A stretch of 64,000 bases of DNA from Firmicutes bacterium CAG:822. GTDB taxonomy: Bacteria; Bacillota_I; Bacilli_A; RF39; UBA660. Every line of letters starts with the position of its first letter. The stretch's first letter is position 1. Shown here one piece after another: positions 18,828 through 27,987 of the stretch. The notes under the pieces were generated by a model that was not told the DNA's origin, ran no database searches, and worked only from the letters and a program-made list of their open reading frames with translations. The translations under genes were made by a program, and so were the position numbers. Location of the stretch: contig HF990868.1 of the NCBI GenBank assembly GCA_000432855.1, positions 84,534 through 148,533 of the forward strand, given 5' to 3'.

Positions 18828-19694
18828 ATGTCTAAAAAGAAAATGGGTATAGGAACAATAGATATTAATAAAAAATTTAAAGATCAAGAAGAAGCTAGTA
18901 GATATGCTAAAAGATTAAGAGAATATATTCGTTATATCTGTAAAAAGTATAATTATCAAGCAAGTGTTATGACAGTTATTAGTAATACAAAAAGTGATGT
19001 TACTTCATTAAGATATGTTCACAATGGGAAAAGAGGTAGACCTCGGAAACAATTAGTAGTTATGAATACTTATATGGCGAATGTTTGGTATAAAGGAAAT
19101 TTTAATACAGATTGGCATATTCATATTTTAATAGTAAGTAAACCTAGTTATGCACTTAGAAATCATATAAAAAAGTATGTTGATAAAAATTGGATTAATA
19201 TAGCTAATATTCGCGAAAAGAAAGAATTTGATATTAGTATGTTAAATAAAAAGAAAGTCTATAAAAAGACTTGTAATATTAAAATAGCTGATTATTTTAT
19301 TAATCAAAGTGCGGAAATAAGGTTTATGTCTTGTAATTATAGTGATGAAGATGATTTCAAATATAGTCTTAAAGATTATTATAAAGAATATATGAAGTTT
19401 CATTATAATTACATTAAACTTCATAGAAAAAATAAATCTTTGGGAATAACTATGAGCGAAGAAGAATTTATAAAAAGATATGCTAAGATAGAAAGTAAAT
19501 TTAAAATGATTGAAGATTATTTTTATAATATAACAAAAGAAGATGAAGAAAAAGCGAGAAAAGATTTTTTAAAGGAAATTAAAATATCAAAAATTATGGA
19601 AAATTATAATAAAATGCAGAATGTTAAATGTTTTAGAGCAGCTGATGGTAGTTTATTTATAATAAGAAGGAATGAAGAAGAAAGTATATTTTAA
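18828..19694 (+). CDS. hypothetical protein with possible HUH motif (WHIHILIV)
   Basis: RBS GGAAGTGAG before ATG 18828; an HxH-hydrophobic motif and downstream Tyr/Lys motifs suggest, weakly, a Rep/relaxase-like HUH protein. Confidence 0.4.
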   Translation: MSKKKMGIGTIDINKKFKDQEEASRYAKRLREYIRYICKKYNYQASVMTVISNTKSDVTSLRYVHNGKRGRPRKQLVVMNTYMANVWYKGNFNTDWHIHILIVSKPSYALRNHIKKYVDKNWINIANIREKKEFDISMLNKKKVYKKTCNIKIADYFINQSAEIRFMSCNYSDEDDFKYSLKDYYKEYMKFHYNYIKLHRKNKSLGITMSEEEFIKRYAKIESKFKMIEDYFYNITKEDEEKARKDFLKEIKISKIMENYNKMQNVKCFRAADGSLFIIRRNEEESIF

Positions 19695-19761
19695 CTGTCA
19701 TATAATAGATATGTATATAATCAGTATATAAATAATACAGAGATAAAACGAAAACAAATAT

Positions 19762-19790
19762 AAAAATCTCATGTTTAAATGAGATAAAAT
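19762..19790. terminator. bidirectional hairpin terminator (ATCTCAT-gtttaa-ATGAGAT) between convergent genes
   Basis: Perfect 7-bp stem flanked by A/T runs on both sides. Confidence 0.5.
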
Positions 19791-19883
19791 AGTATAAATT
19801 ATTTAATATTTGTTCTATATATTTATTTTGATTATGTTGAAAATAAAAGCTTTATTTAATAAAATTTAAGAAATGAGTATAGA

Positions 19884-20219
19884 TTATTTATCATTAAGTC
19901 CATCAATATAACTATTTATTTTAGCTTTATCAATAGTTGAAAGATTTCTATATTTATCTAGTAATTGTAATTCATCTTGTGGTAAAGAACTTGAAAAAGC
20001 GTTATTAATAGAATAATCTATATCAGTTCTCTCTAATAGATAATCAGTAGTAGTATTTAAGTAATCAGCAATTTTAATTAATGTATCAGCACTAGGTTTA
20101 GCTTTATTATTAAGATAAGCACTAATAGTTTCTTGAGTAACTCCAATTTGAACTGATAAATTTATTTGAGTAATGTTTTTCTTAGTCATAAGAGCTTTTA
20201 AATTTTTCATACATAACAC
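19884..20219 (-). CDS. XRE-family HTH transcriptional regulator
   Basis: ITQINLSVQIGVTQETISAYLNNKAKPSADTLIKIADYL is a typical cI/Cro-type HTH; divergent from the next operon. Confidence 0.75.
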   Translation of the reverse strand: MLCMKNLKALMTKKNITQINLSVQIGVTQETISAYLNNKAKPSADTLIKIADYLNTTTDYLLERTDIDYSINNAFSSSLPQDELQLLDKYRNLSTIDKAKINSYIDGLNDK

Positions 20220-20346
20220 CTCTATATCATTATAAATTTTATAAATTGTATTTTTAGATATTGTATTTATAATATATATAGATATAACTTGTATTTTGTA
20301 GAAATATAGTATATAATAAATTTATATTAGAAAGAGGTTGTTTGTA

Positions 20347-20940
20347 GTGGGAGAAAAAAAATTATGCAAATATTGTAAATCAGAAATTGATAAAAAAGCT
20401 AAAATATGTCCTTTTTGTAAACGAGGTCAAGGCAATGTTGTTCTTAGATTACTATTTGTATTTATTATTATAACTTTTGTTATCACAGTTCTTGCAAGTT
20501 TAGGAGATAGTTCAAATAGTACATCTAATGAAAAGAAAACAGTAAATATGGGAGAAAAAGTTACAGTTAATGATGTTGATTATATAGTTAATGAAAAGAA
20601 AATACAAAAAGAAATAAGTGTAGCTAGTGGTTATTTTAAATATACAGCTGATGGTAATTATTTGTTAATAAATATTACAATTACTAATAATAGTAAAAGT
20701 TCAATAAATATTGACTCAACAGATTTTAGATTAAAAGATGAAAACGGAGCTACATATTCAGCAAGTATATTAACAAGTGTTGATAATATGGATATGCTTA
20801 ATTTTGAAACAATAAATCCAAATGCAACTGAAAGTGGTTATATAGCTTATGATATAGCAAATACTGATTTACATTATACATTAACAATTGATGGCGATGA
20901 GTTTTTTGATTCAGCTGGAATAGAAGTTTCTATTCAGTAA
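20347..20940 (+). CDS. zinc-ribbon / single-TM protein with DUF4352-like extracellular domain
   Basis: GTG 20347 sits 9 nt after AGAGG. CKYC..CPFC zinc ribbon, then a TM helix, then a beta-rich domain (..YIAYDI..) resembling DUF4352. Confidence 0.5.
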   Translation: MGEKKLCKYCKSEIDKKAKICPFCKRGQGNVVLRLLFVFIIITFVITVLASLGDSSNSTSNEKKTVNMGEKVTVNDVDYIVNEKKIQKEISVASGYFKYTADGNYLLINITITNNSKSSINIDSTDFRLKDENGATYSASILTSVDNMDMLNFETINPNATESGYIAYDIANTDLHYTLTIDGDEFFDSAGIEVSIQ

Positions 20941-21183
20941 GGTTTAAGTCTAATAGTAATATTAGGCTTTTATTTTTGATTTAATAATGTATTTTTAAGC
21001 AATAAGAGATTATCATATATTTTATTGAATTATTATATTTGACTTGTTATAAAGCGATTATGTTAAGAAATATAATATAATTTGAACAAATAGATTAAAA
21101 AGTCGGGACAAAGAATAGTTGAAGATATATAATATTTAAAAAATCATTGTTTTTTAGTGTATAATAGGTTTTGGTGATGTTAT

Positions 21184-23169
21184 ATGGAACAAAAGTACAT
21201 GGATGAAGATGAAGTAATAAGTCTTATAGACAATTATGTAAAAAACGTTAAAATAGATTATGCAATTCTTTTAGATGGTGCTTGGGGAAGCGGAAAAACT
21301 AAATTTATACAAGAAAAAGTAATAAAAAAGCTTAATGATGATTATAAAAAAGAAAAGTCAAAAACAAAAGATGATAAAGATGAAAACATTAAAGCAAAAA
21401 GACCTATATATATATCTTTATATGGTATAAACTCTATAGATGATATTAAGTCACAATTATTACAATCAATTATAAGAAGTGAAAAAATAAAAAAATATAT
21501 ACCAATAATTAACATTGGTGCTACTATAGTTGATGATATAGTAAAATCATGTTCAAATGTTTCTGACATAAGTAAAAAAATAGAAGATTTAGTTACATTT
21601 TTTTATAAATTAGATAATACAGTTATATTCTTTGATGATTTAGAAAGGTGTAATCTTAATATAAATTTAGTATTAGGATATATAAATCAATTAGTTGAGC
21701 ATAATCATTTAAAAGTTGTTTTAATTGCAGATGAAAACAAGATTGGAAAACTGAATTATGAAGATAATAAAGAATTAAAATATTTAACTGTTTTAAATGA
21801 ACACATTGATTTTCAGCAAACAGAAAAAAAAGATATAATGGGTAATCATCAACAAGGAAATACTACATTTACTATAGAAGATATAGAAAATCGTTCAAAG
21901 ATGTTATTTAGAGAAAATATATTTTATAATGAGATAAAAGAAAAATTAATTGGTCAAACAATATATTTTAAGCCAAATATAAACAATATATATGATATTA
22001 TGGCAAATGAAATAATTTCAGATGCAAAAGTTAAAGATATAGTTAATGAAAAGAAAGAACTTTTAATTAGTATGCTATCAAAAAAAGAACATTTGAATTT
22101 GAGAACTTTACAATTTATTTTTCAAACATTTGAAACATTAGTTAAAATTTCAATGGAGGAAGTAGATTTACGAGATTTTAAAGATCAATATTTAACAAAT
22201 TTATTTGAATATTGTATATTAAAATCAATACAGATTAAAAATGGGCAAACATCATATAATTGGAAAGAAAATCAAGAATTTGGAACAATATATTTAGGCG
22301 ATGAAAAAAATGAATATAATTATAATAATTATGTAAATGGATTCAAATTTGTTGATGATTATTTAATGTATTCTTATATAGATAAAGCAGCAATTAAAAC
22401 AACGCTTGAAAATTATATTTATGTTAAAACATTAGAAATTGAAAACCCTAATGATCCATTATATAAGCTAAAAAAATACTGGTTAATTCCAGAACAAGAG
22501 TTAGAAAATATAGTTGATGAAATTATAGATAATATTAGTAAAAATAAATATGTTCTAAATTTATATTCTAAAATTGTATTTTATTTTGCTTGTATTTTTG
22601 ATATGGGAATATGTGAAGATAAAATCAATAATGCTATAAAATTATTAGAAAAGAACATAGAAGAAGAGTGTGTTCAGGGTACATTTGAAGAAGAAAGATT
22701 ACATACAAATTCAAAAAGTGTTTCTCAGAAATATAAAGAATTTATGAAAAAAATAAGAACATTAGTAAATAAGAAAGAAACAAAAACTAAACATGATGAA
22801 ATAATAAAAATTTTAGAAAGCAATAATTGGGGAAGTGAGTTAAAAGAATATTGTAAAACAAATGTTGGACAATTTCTTGAAGACAAAAAATACGCATATT
22901 TGTTAAATATTGAATTAATTATTAATAATATTAAAAATAAAAATATAGAACAAATATATGAATTCTTATATTCGTTACAACAAATATATGGTTTTTCTAG
23001 TGTAAAGGATTATTTTATAGAAGACAAAAATATTTTAATTAATTTAAAACAAGAGTTATCTAATATAGATAATATTGACAAAGTAAAAAGATATGTAATT
23101 AATGATATTATTTCTTTATTAGATGATGTCATTAATATTTTAAATTCTAAAAACGAAAAAGCAAATTAA
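21184..23169 (+). CDS. KAP-family P-loop NTPase
   Basis: AILLDGAWGSGKT is the diagnostic KAP Walker A (G-x-WG-x-GKT); 661 aa, long helical C-terminal region. Confidence 0.7.
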   Translation: MEQKYMDEDEVISLIDNYVKNVKIDYAILLDGAWGSGKTKFIQEKVIKKLNDDYKKEKSKTKDDKDENIKAKRPIYISLYGINSIDDIKSQLLQSIIRSEKIKKYIPIINIGATIVDDIVKSCSNVSDISKKIEDLVTFFYKLDNTVIFFDDLERCNLNINLVLGYINQLVEHNHLKVVLIADENKIGKLNYEDNKELKYLTVLNEHIDFQQTEKKDIMGNHQQGNTTFTIEDIENRSKMLFRENIFYNEIKEKLIGQTIYFKPNINNIYDIMANEIISDAKVKDIVNEKKELLISMLSKKEHLNLRTLQFIFQTFETLVKISMEEVDLRDFKDQYLTNLFEYCILKSIQIKNGQTSYNWKENQEFGTIYLGDEKNEYNYNNYVNGFKFVDDYLMYSYIDKAAIKTTLENYIYVKTLEIENPNDPLYKLKKYWLIPEQELENIVDEIIDNISKNKYVLNLYSKIVFYFACIFDMGICEDKINNAIKLLEKNIEEECVQGTFEEERLHTNSKSVSQKYKEFMKKIRTLVNKKETKTKHDEIIKILESNNWGSELKEYCKTNVGQFLEDKKYAYLLNIELIINNIKNKNIEQIYEFLYSLQQIYGFSSVKDYFIEDKNILINLKQELSNIDNIDKVKRYVINDIISLLDDVINILNSKNEKAN

Positions 23170-23364
23170 TTATATTTAGCGTTTAAAAAAGTACACATTT
23201 TCAAAGATTTAAAATAGTAGTTATTTTAAGTCTTTTTTTGTTTGTAAAAGTATGTTTTATAATTTTTAAATATTTAAAAAGTTTTTGGACTTTTTCAAAG
23301 TATCGGGAGTGACAATATTAAAATTTGTTTATAAAATTAAAGTAAAGTGGAAAGGAGTTTTAAA

Positions 23365-23595
23365 GTGAACAAATCAATATTAATTAAAATAGTAAAATGG
23401 ATTTGTGATGGTTATGTTGATGCTTTAATCACAGGAATAGAAGAAAATGAAAATTATTTTCCTTATACTATCGCAGTTATTCATTTTATAGATGAACTTC
23501 AAAGAAAAAACATTAAAATTGATTATAAAGAAATATTTAATGACTCTATAATTGATAATGTTTTAAAAGAAGCAAATGATTATTTAATGAGGTGA
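23365..23595 (+). CDS. small hypothetical protein
   Basis: AAGGAG RBS 8 nt before GTG 23365; its stop is 4 nt before the invertase gene. Confidence 0.4.
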   Translation: MNKSILIKIVKWICDGYVDALITGIEENENYFPYTIAVIHFIDELQRKNIKIDYKEIFNDSIIDNVLKEANDYLMR

Positions 23596-23599
23596 TATT

Positions 23600-24196
23600 T
23601 TGAAAAATAAAGTATTTGGTTATGCTAGAGTTAGCAGTAAAGAACAAAACGAAGAAAGACAATTATCAGCATTTCAAAAATTTGGTATTGATGAAAGAGA
23701 TATTTATGTTGATAAACAAAGCGGTAAAGATTTTAATAGAAAAGAATATCTTACACTTAAAAATATATTAAGAGAAAATGATTTATTAGTTATTAAAAGC
23801 ATTGATAGATTAGGAAGAAATTACGATATGATAGTTAATGAGTGGAAAGATATTACTAAGAATATTAAAGCAGATATTGTTGTTATTGATATGCCTTTAT
23901 TAGATACTAGAAAAAATAAAGATTTATTAGGAACATTTATTAGCGATATTGTATTACAAATATTATCGTATGTCGCAGAACAAGAAAGAACATTTATTAA
24001 GCAAAGACAAAAAGAAGGTATTTTAGTAGCTAAGAACAATGGAGTTAAATTTGGTAGACCAAAAATAGAAAAACCACAAAATTTTGATATTGTGGTTAAT
24101 AAATGGAAAAATAAAGAAATCAAAAGTAAAGATGCTATGAAGCTATTAGGACTTAAAGCAAATACATTTTATAATATGGTTAAAGATATTAGTTAA
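23600..24196 (+). CDS. small serine recombinase (resolvase/DNA-invertase type)
   Basis: VFGYARVSSKEQNEERQ (catalytic Ser), a resolvase N-terminal domain and a C-terminal HTH; 198 aa. Confidence 0.8.
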   Translation: MKNKVFGYARVSSKEQNEERQLSAFQKFGIDERDIYVDKQSGKDFNRKEYLTLKNILRENDLLVIKSIDRLGRNYDMIVNEWKDITKNIKADIVVIDMPLLDTRKNKDLLGTFISDIVLQILSYVAEQERTFIKQRQKEGILVAKNNGVKFGRPKIEKPQNFDIVVNKWKNKEIKSKDAMKLLGLKANTFYNMVKDIS

Positions 24197-25079
24197 TCGG
24201 ATAGTTATTTTCATAATTATTAATAAAGTCTTTTAATATACTTATATCATTAGTCTTTAGATATTGTTTCATAGCTTCTTTATATCGTTTCTTATAATTA
24301 TCAATATATTCTAAAGAAACATATTTGTTATTATTAAGACGATGTAAAAAATTAGTATGTTTTTTATTCAACTGTAAATATTGATAAGTCTTTTTTAAAA
24401 TCATTGACTTTTTGGCACAAGTAATATCTTTATCATTAAATTTAGTAATTCGTTTACAATATTTAGAATCAGTTTCAGTGGTTAAATAATATCTATCACA
24501 TATATCACATTTTTTAAGACAGTATTTTCGTTTAGAAGTAAATACACAATGTAAAAAACTAATTAGCATATCTGATATTTCATATTTACTTTTATTAGTA
24601 AATATAGTTTTTTCAGAAATTAGATTAAAATTACTATCTGATAATTGTTCTTCTAATAGTGATTTTCTTTCACTAATAGGAAATAACATTTTAGGGTTTT
24701 TAGTATTTTTTATAATAACATTATTATCATAATCAGTCTTATTTATTGTTGTATTTGTGTTTCTTCCATTATTTTGAACTGAAAAATCATAACTAGTAAG
24801 TTTGTCAAAATTAGTATATAAAAATCTTTCAGAAATAGGAGAAATTTGAGTTTTAGATGATACTAAAAAAGTAAACCAAGTTGAATTATCTATATAATCA
24901 TAATTAGTACTTTCAAATAGTCTTTCTAAAAACATTTTAGAATATTCATCTTTCATAATGCAAAAATCAAAAATTTCGTGAAAATCTAGTTTTATAAGTT
25001 TATTATCTGATTTAATTGCGATTTCTTTTGTATTTAGATTTTCATAAAATGTCATTATTTTATAATGCTCATTGCTCAT
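24189..25079 (-). CDS. hypothetical protein with C-terminal Cys cluster (CLKKCDICDRYY...C..C)
   Basis: 296-aa ORF convergent with and 8 nt overlapping the invertase gene; no recognised domain. Confidence 0.45.
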   Translation of the reverse strand: MSNEHYKIMTFYENLNTKEIAIKSDNKLIKLDFHEIFDFCIMKDEYSKMFLERLFESTNYDYIDNSTWFTFLVSSKTQISPISERFLYTNFDKLTSYDFSVQNNGRNTNTTINKTDYDNNVIIKNTKNPKMLFPISERKSLLEEQLSDSNFNLISEKTIFTNKSKYEISDMLISFLHCVFTSKRKYCLKKCDICDRYYLTTETDSKYCKRITKFNDKDITCAKKSMILKKTYQYLQLNKKHTNFLHRLNNNKYVSLEYIDNYKKRYKEAMKQYLKTNDISILKDFINNYENNYPIN

Positions 25080-25273
25080 ATAATATCATCTCATTTCTTT
25101 ATTATATATATAGAAAATGTTTTTGCAAAAACTTCTTCAATATAAAGATTACTATATATTATATTTGTTATATAATCAAATTGTCAATTAATTAAATGAA
25201 AATTATTGTCAATTGCTTAAGATAATATATAATACATAATTTTCATAAAATGGACTAGAAAGGAAGATTATAT

Positions 25274-25552
25274 ATGACATTTATGAGTGAATATGATGAC
25301 AATAACAATTTAATTAAAGAGTCTTTGATAGATAAATATGGTAATGAAGAAGTATCATATTTAAACGAAGATTTAGATAAAGAGTTAAATGGTATACAGT
25401 TGTTTAAAGATTTAGGCACATTTTATAAATTACAATTAACTATCAATAAACAAATGTATGAAAGCGGTGATATATCTAAAGAACTTTATAATAAAGTTGA
25501 AGATATAATACTAGATAGAATAAAACCATTTCAAAAATATATTAATAATTAA
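25274..25552 (+). CDS. small hypothetical protein upstream of large serine recombinase
   Basis: 92 aa, acidic; AGGAGG-containing junction to the recombinase gene 13 nt downstream. Confidence 0.45.
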   Translation: MTFMSEYDDNNNLIKESLIDKYGNEEVSYLNEDLDKELNGIQLFKDLGTFYKLQLTINKQMYESGDISKELYNKVEDIILDRIKPFQKYINN

Positions 25553-25565
25553 AGGAGGTGTCATA

Positions 25566-27197
25566 ATGGAACTATATCGTATAAGAGAAGAATTAAAAAC
25601 AAAGAGTATAACAGATATTCCTTTAAGAGTAACCTTTTATGCTAGAGTATCTACTGATAAATATGAACAACTAAATTCATTAGAAAATCAAGTTTCTTAT
25701 TTTAAAGATTTAATAAAGCAAAATAAGAACTGGACTTATGTTGATGGATATGTAGATGAAGGTATTAGTGGTACATCAACAAACAAAAGAGAAAGTTTCT
25801 TAAAAATGATAGAAGATGGTAAAGAAAAAAAATTTGATTTAATCTTAACAAAAGAAGTTTCAAGATTTGCTAGAGATACATTAGATAGTATTGCAAATAC
25901 TAGATTATTGTTAAAATATGATGTTGGAGTACAATTCATAAATGACGGAATTAATACATTAATGCCTGACTCAGAACTAAGATTAACTATTATGTCTTCA
26001 CTAGCACAAGATGAAGTCAGAAAATTATCAGAGAGAGTTAAATTTGGTTATCAAAGGTCAATAAAAAGTGGCAGAGTATTAGGAAATGATGATATTTGGG
26101 GTTATGATAAAAAAGATGGAAAACTTACTATTAATGAAGAAGAAGCAAAAATGATTAGAAGAATATTTGAACTATATACAACAGGAAAATATGGTTTGAA
26201 TACAGTATCAAAAATTATCTATAAAGAGGGATTTAAAAACAAAAATGGTAATAAATTATCAATGACAACAATTAGTTATATCATTAGAAATCCAAAATAT
26301 AAAGGTTATTACTGTGGAAATAAGTCAACAATAGTTGATTATAAACTTAAAAAGAAAATTAAGAAAGATCAAGAAGATTGGGTAATGTATGAAGACCATG
26401 AAACAGTACCTCCAATCATAAGTGAAGAACAATGGGAATTAGCACAGACTATTTATAATAAAAGAAGTGCAAAATGTAGTGATGTAGATAAAAGAATATA
26501 TCAAAATAGATATACTTTTAGTGGAAAAATCAAATGTAATTGTCATGATAAAAGTTTTCATAGAAAAGTATATAGATATAAAACAAAAGATGACGCAGTT
26601 GTTTGGTTATGTCCATATAATAATGGAACAAAAGTAGAAAAATGTGATACTCCTGTACTTTATGAAACTGAATTAATGCAAATACTTAGACAACAAATAA
26701 AAGATTTCATTAATCGTAAAGAAAGTATTATTTATTCATTAACTCAGTTATATAAAGAGAATATTAACTTAAGAGATTATGATAAAGAAATCAATAAGAA
26801 ATTAAGTGATATAGAAGTAATTAAAAGACAAAAAGATAAGTTGTTATCACATAATATGAATGATATTATTTCTGATAAAGAGTTTATGATTAGAAATAAT
26901 GAATGTAATGATAAAATTAAAATATTAGAAAATGAAATTGAAAACATTAGAACAGAAAAAAGAAAATCAGATAATATGGAAGAAGAAGTCTTAAAATTAG
27001 AGCAATTAATAGAAGATAAGATAAATTTTCCATCAGATGATATGATAATTGATTTATTAGATAAAATTGTAGTTTATAGCAGTGATGAAACTCATAATGT
27101 AAAACTAAGAATATATCTAAAAATCGGCGAAGAAATTATCGCTGATTATAAAAATCATAAATCACATCAGTTTAATGTTGTCAAGGCATATGATTAG
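25566..27197 (+). CDS. large serine recombinase (resolvase domain + recombinase domain + zinc ribbon + coiled coil); the 3' end crosses the right junction into spoIVA
   Basis: YARVSTDKYEQ catalytic Ser; FARDTLDSIANTRLL; zinc ribbon CNCH...C..C; 543 aa. The last codons and the TAG stop (27195-97) lie in host spoIVA DNA beyond the AT crossover. Confidence 0.9.
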   Translation: MELYRIREELKTKSITDIPLRVTFYARVSTDKYEQLNSLENQVSYFKDLIKQNKNWTYVDGYVDEGISGTSTNKRESFLKMIEDGKEKKFDLILTKEVSRFARDTLDSIANTRLLLKYDVGVQFINDGINTLMPDSELRLTIMSSLAQDEVRKLSERVKFGYQRSIKSGRVLGNDDIWGYDKKDGKLTINEEEAKMIRRIFELYTTGKYGLNTVSKIIYKEGFKNKNGNKLSMTTISYIIRNPKYKGYYCGNKSTIVDYKLKKKIKKDQEDWVMYEDHETVPPIISEEQWELAQTIYNKRSAKCSDVDKRIYQNRYTFSGKIKCNCHDKSFHRKVYRYKTKDDAVVWLCPYNNGTKVEKCDTPVLYETELMQILRQQIKDFINRKESIIYSLTQLYKENINLRDYDKEINKKLSDIEVIKRQKDKLLSHNMNDIISDKEFMIRNNECNDKIKILENEIENIRTEKRKSDNMEEEVLKLEQLIEDKINFPSDDMIIDLLDKIVVYSSDETHNVKLRIYLKIGEEIIADYKNHKSHQFNVVKAYD

Positions 27198-27465
27198 AGT
27201 TGATGTTGAAAGCACCTTTGAACCAATTATAGGTTCGGAAATTCAAAGTAAAGAACTTATTAATTATTTAATGAAGGACAAAGAATCTGGAAGTCAAAAT
27301 ATTTGGAAAAGTGAAATCTTTGGCCGTAGCTTAGACGTTATAGTTCAAGAAGGTATTCAAGCAAAACTATCACTAATGCCAGAAAGTGTTCGCTTTAAAT
27401 TAAAACAAACACTTTCAAAACTAGTAAATAAAGGTTCTGGGAACTTATTCGCCATTGTCATTTAA
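27190..27465 (+). CDS. spoIVA: stage IV sporulation protein A, 3' segment (residues 401-491)
   Basis: MIRVDVESTFEPIIGSEIQSKELINYLMKD..FGRSLDVIVQEGIQAKLSLMPESVRFKLKQTL..GSGNLFAIVI matches the conserved SpoIVA C-terminus. It is in frame with the 5' segment once 18677-27189 is removed. Confidence 0.85.
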   Translation: MIRVDVESTFEPIIGSEIQSKELINYLMKDKESGSQNIWKSEIFGRSLDVIVQEGIQAKLSLMPESVRFKLKQTLSKLVNKGSGNLFAIVI

Positions 27466-27614
27466 TAATCAAAAATATTACCAATAATATAAATTTAATG
27501 CTTTCCCTTTAAATATAAGGAAAATATCGATATAGTAAAATTTTAAATATTTAACACATCATTCACGTCAAAACCGTAAAAAAAGCTTAAAATATATTGA
27601 TTTTTCTAAACAAA

Positions 27615-27626
27615 CATGGTACCATG
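27615..27626. promoter_or_regulatory. perfect 12-bp palindrome CATGGTACCATG overlapping the predicted -10 of hup
   Basis: TTGATT (27597-602), 17 nt, TACCAT (27620-25); the palindrome spans 27615-27626. Confidence 0.3.
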
Positions 27627-27672
27627 TAAATGTAAGCAAGATAGCTTAACAAAACAAGGGAGGTATATTTAA

Positions 27673-27945
27673 ATGACAAAACAAAATTTAGTAAACTATA
27701 TTGCCGAAGAAACAGGAATGACTAAAGCAGATGCTACTAGAGCATTAGATGCTGTATTAAATGGAATTGTAGAAGGATTAAAAAGCGAAGGAAAAGTTAC
27801 TTTAACTGGTTTCTGCACATTTGCAACTCAACACAAAGAAGCTAGACAAGGCCGTAACCCAAGAACAGGTGAAGCTGTAACTATTCCTGCAAGAACAGCT
27901 GTTTCTATCAAAGCTGGCGCAAAATTAAAAGATGCATTAAACTAA
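27673..27945 (+). CDS. hup: DNA-binding protein HU
   Basis: MTKQNLVNYIAEETG..GFCTFATQHKEARQGRNPRTGEAVTIPA..; 90 aa. Confidence 0.92.
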   Translation: MTKQNLVNYIAEETGMTKADATRALDAVLNGIVEGLKSEGKVTLTGFCTFATQHKEARQGRNPRTGEAVTIPARTAVSIKAGAKLKDALN

Positions 27946-27967
27946 GGCTTTGACGCCTTTTTTTAAT
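27944..27967 (+). terminator. rho-independent terminator of hup
   Basis: AAGGC-tttgac-GCCTT followed by 7 T. Confidence 0.65.
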
Positions 27968-27987
27968 ACAACAATGGAGATGAATTA

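Larger units (their letters stand above)
18677..27189 (+). mobile_element. spoIVA-intervening (skin-like) element, ~8.5 kb, with large serine recombinase at right end; inferred AT crossover dinucleotide at 18675-76 and 27190-91
   Basis: spoIVA segments 17475-18674 and 27190-27465 join in frame to give a 491-aa SpoIVA. The interval contains two serine recombinases and non-sporulation cargo. Boundaries inferred from protein collinearity (±3 bp). Confidence 0.8.
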
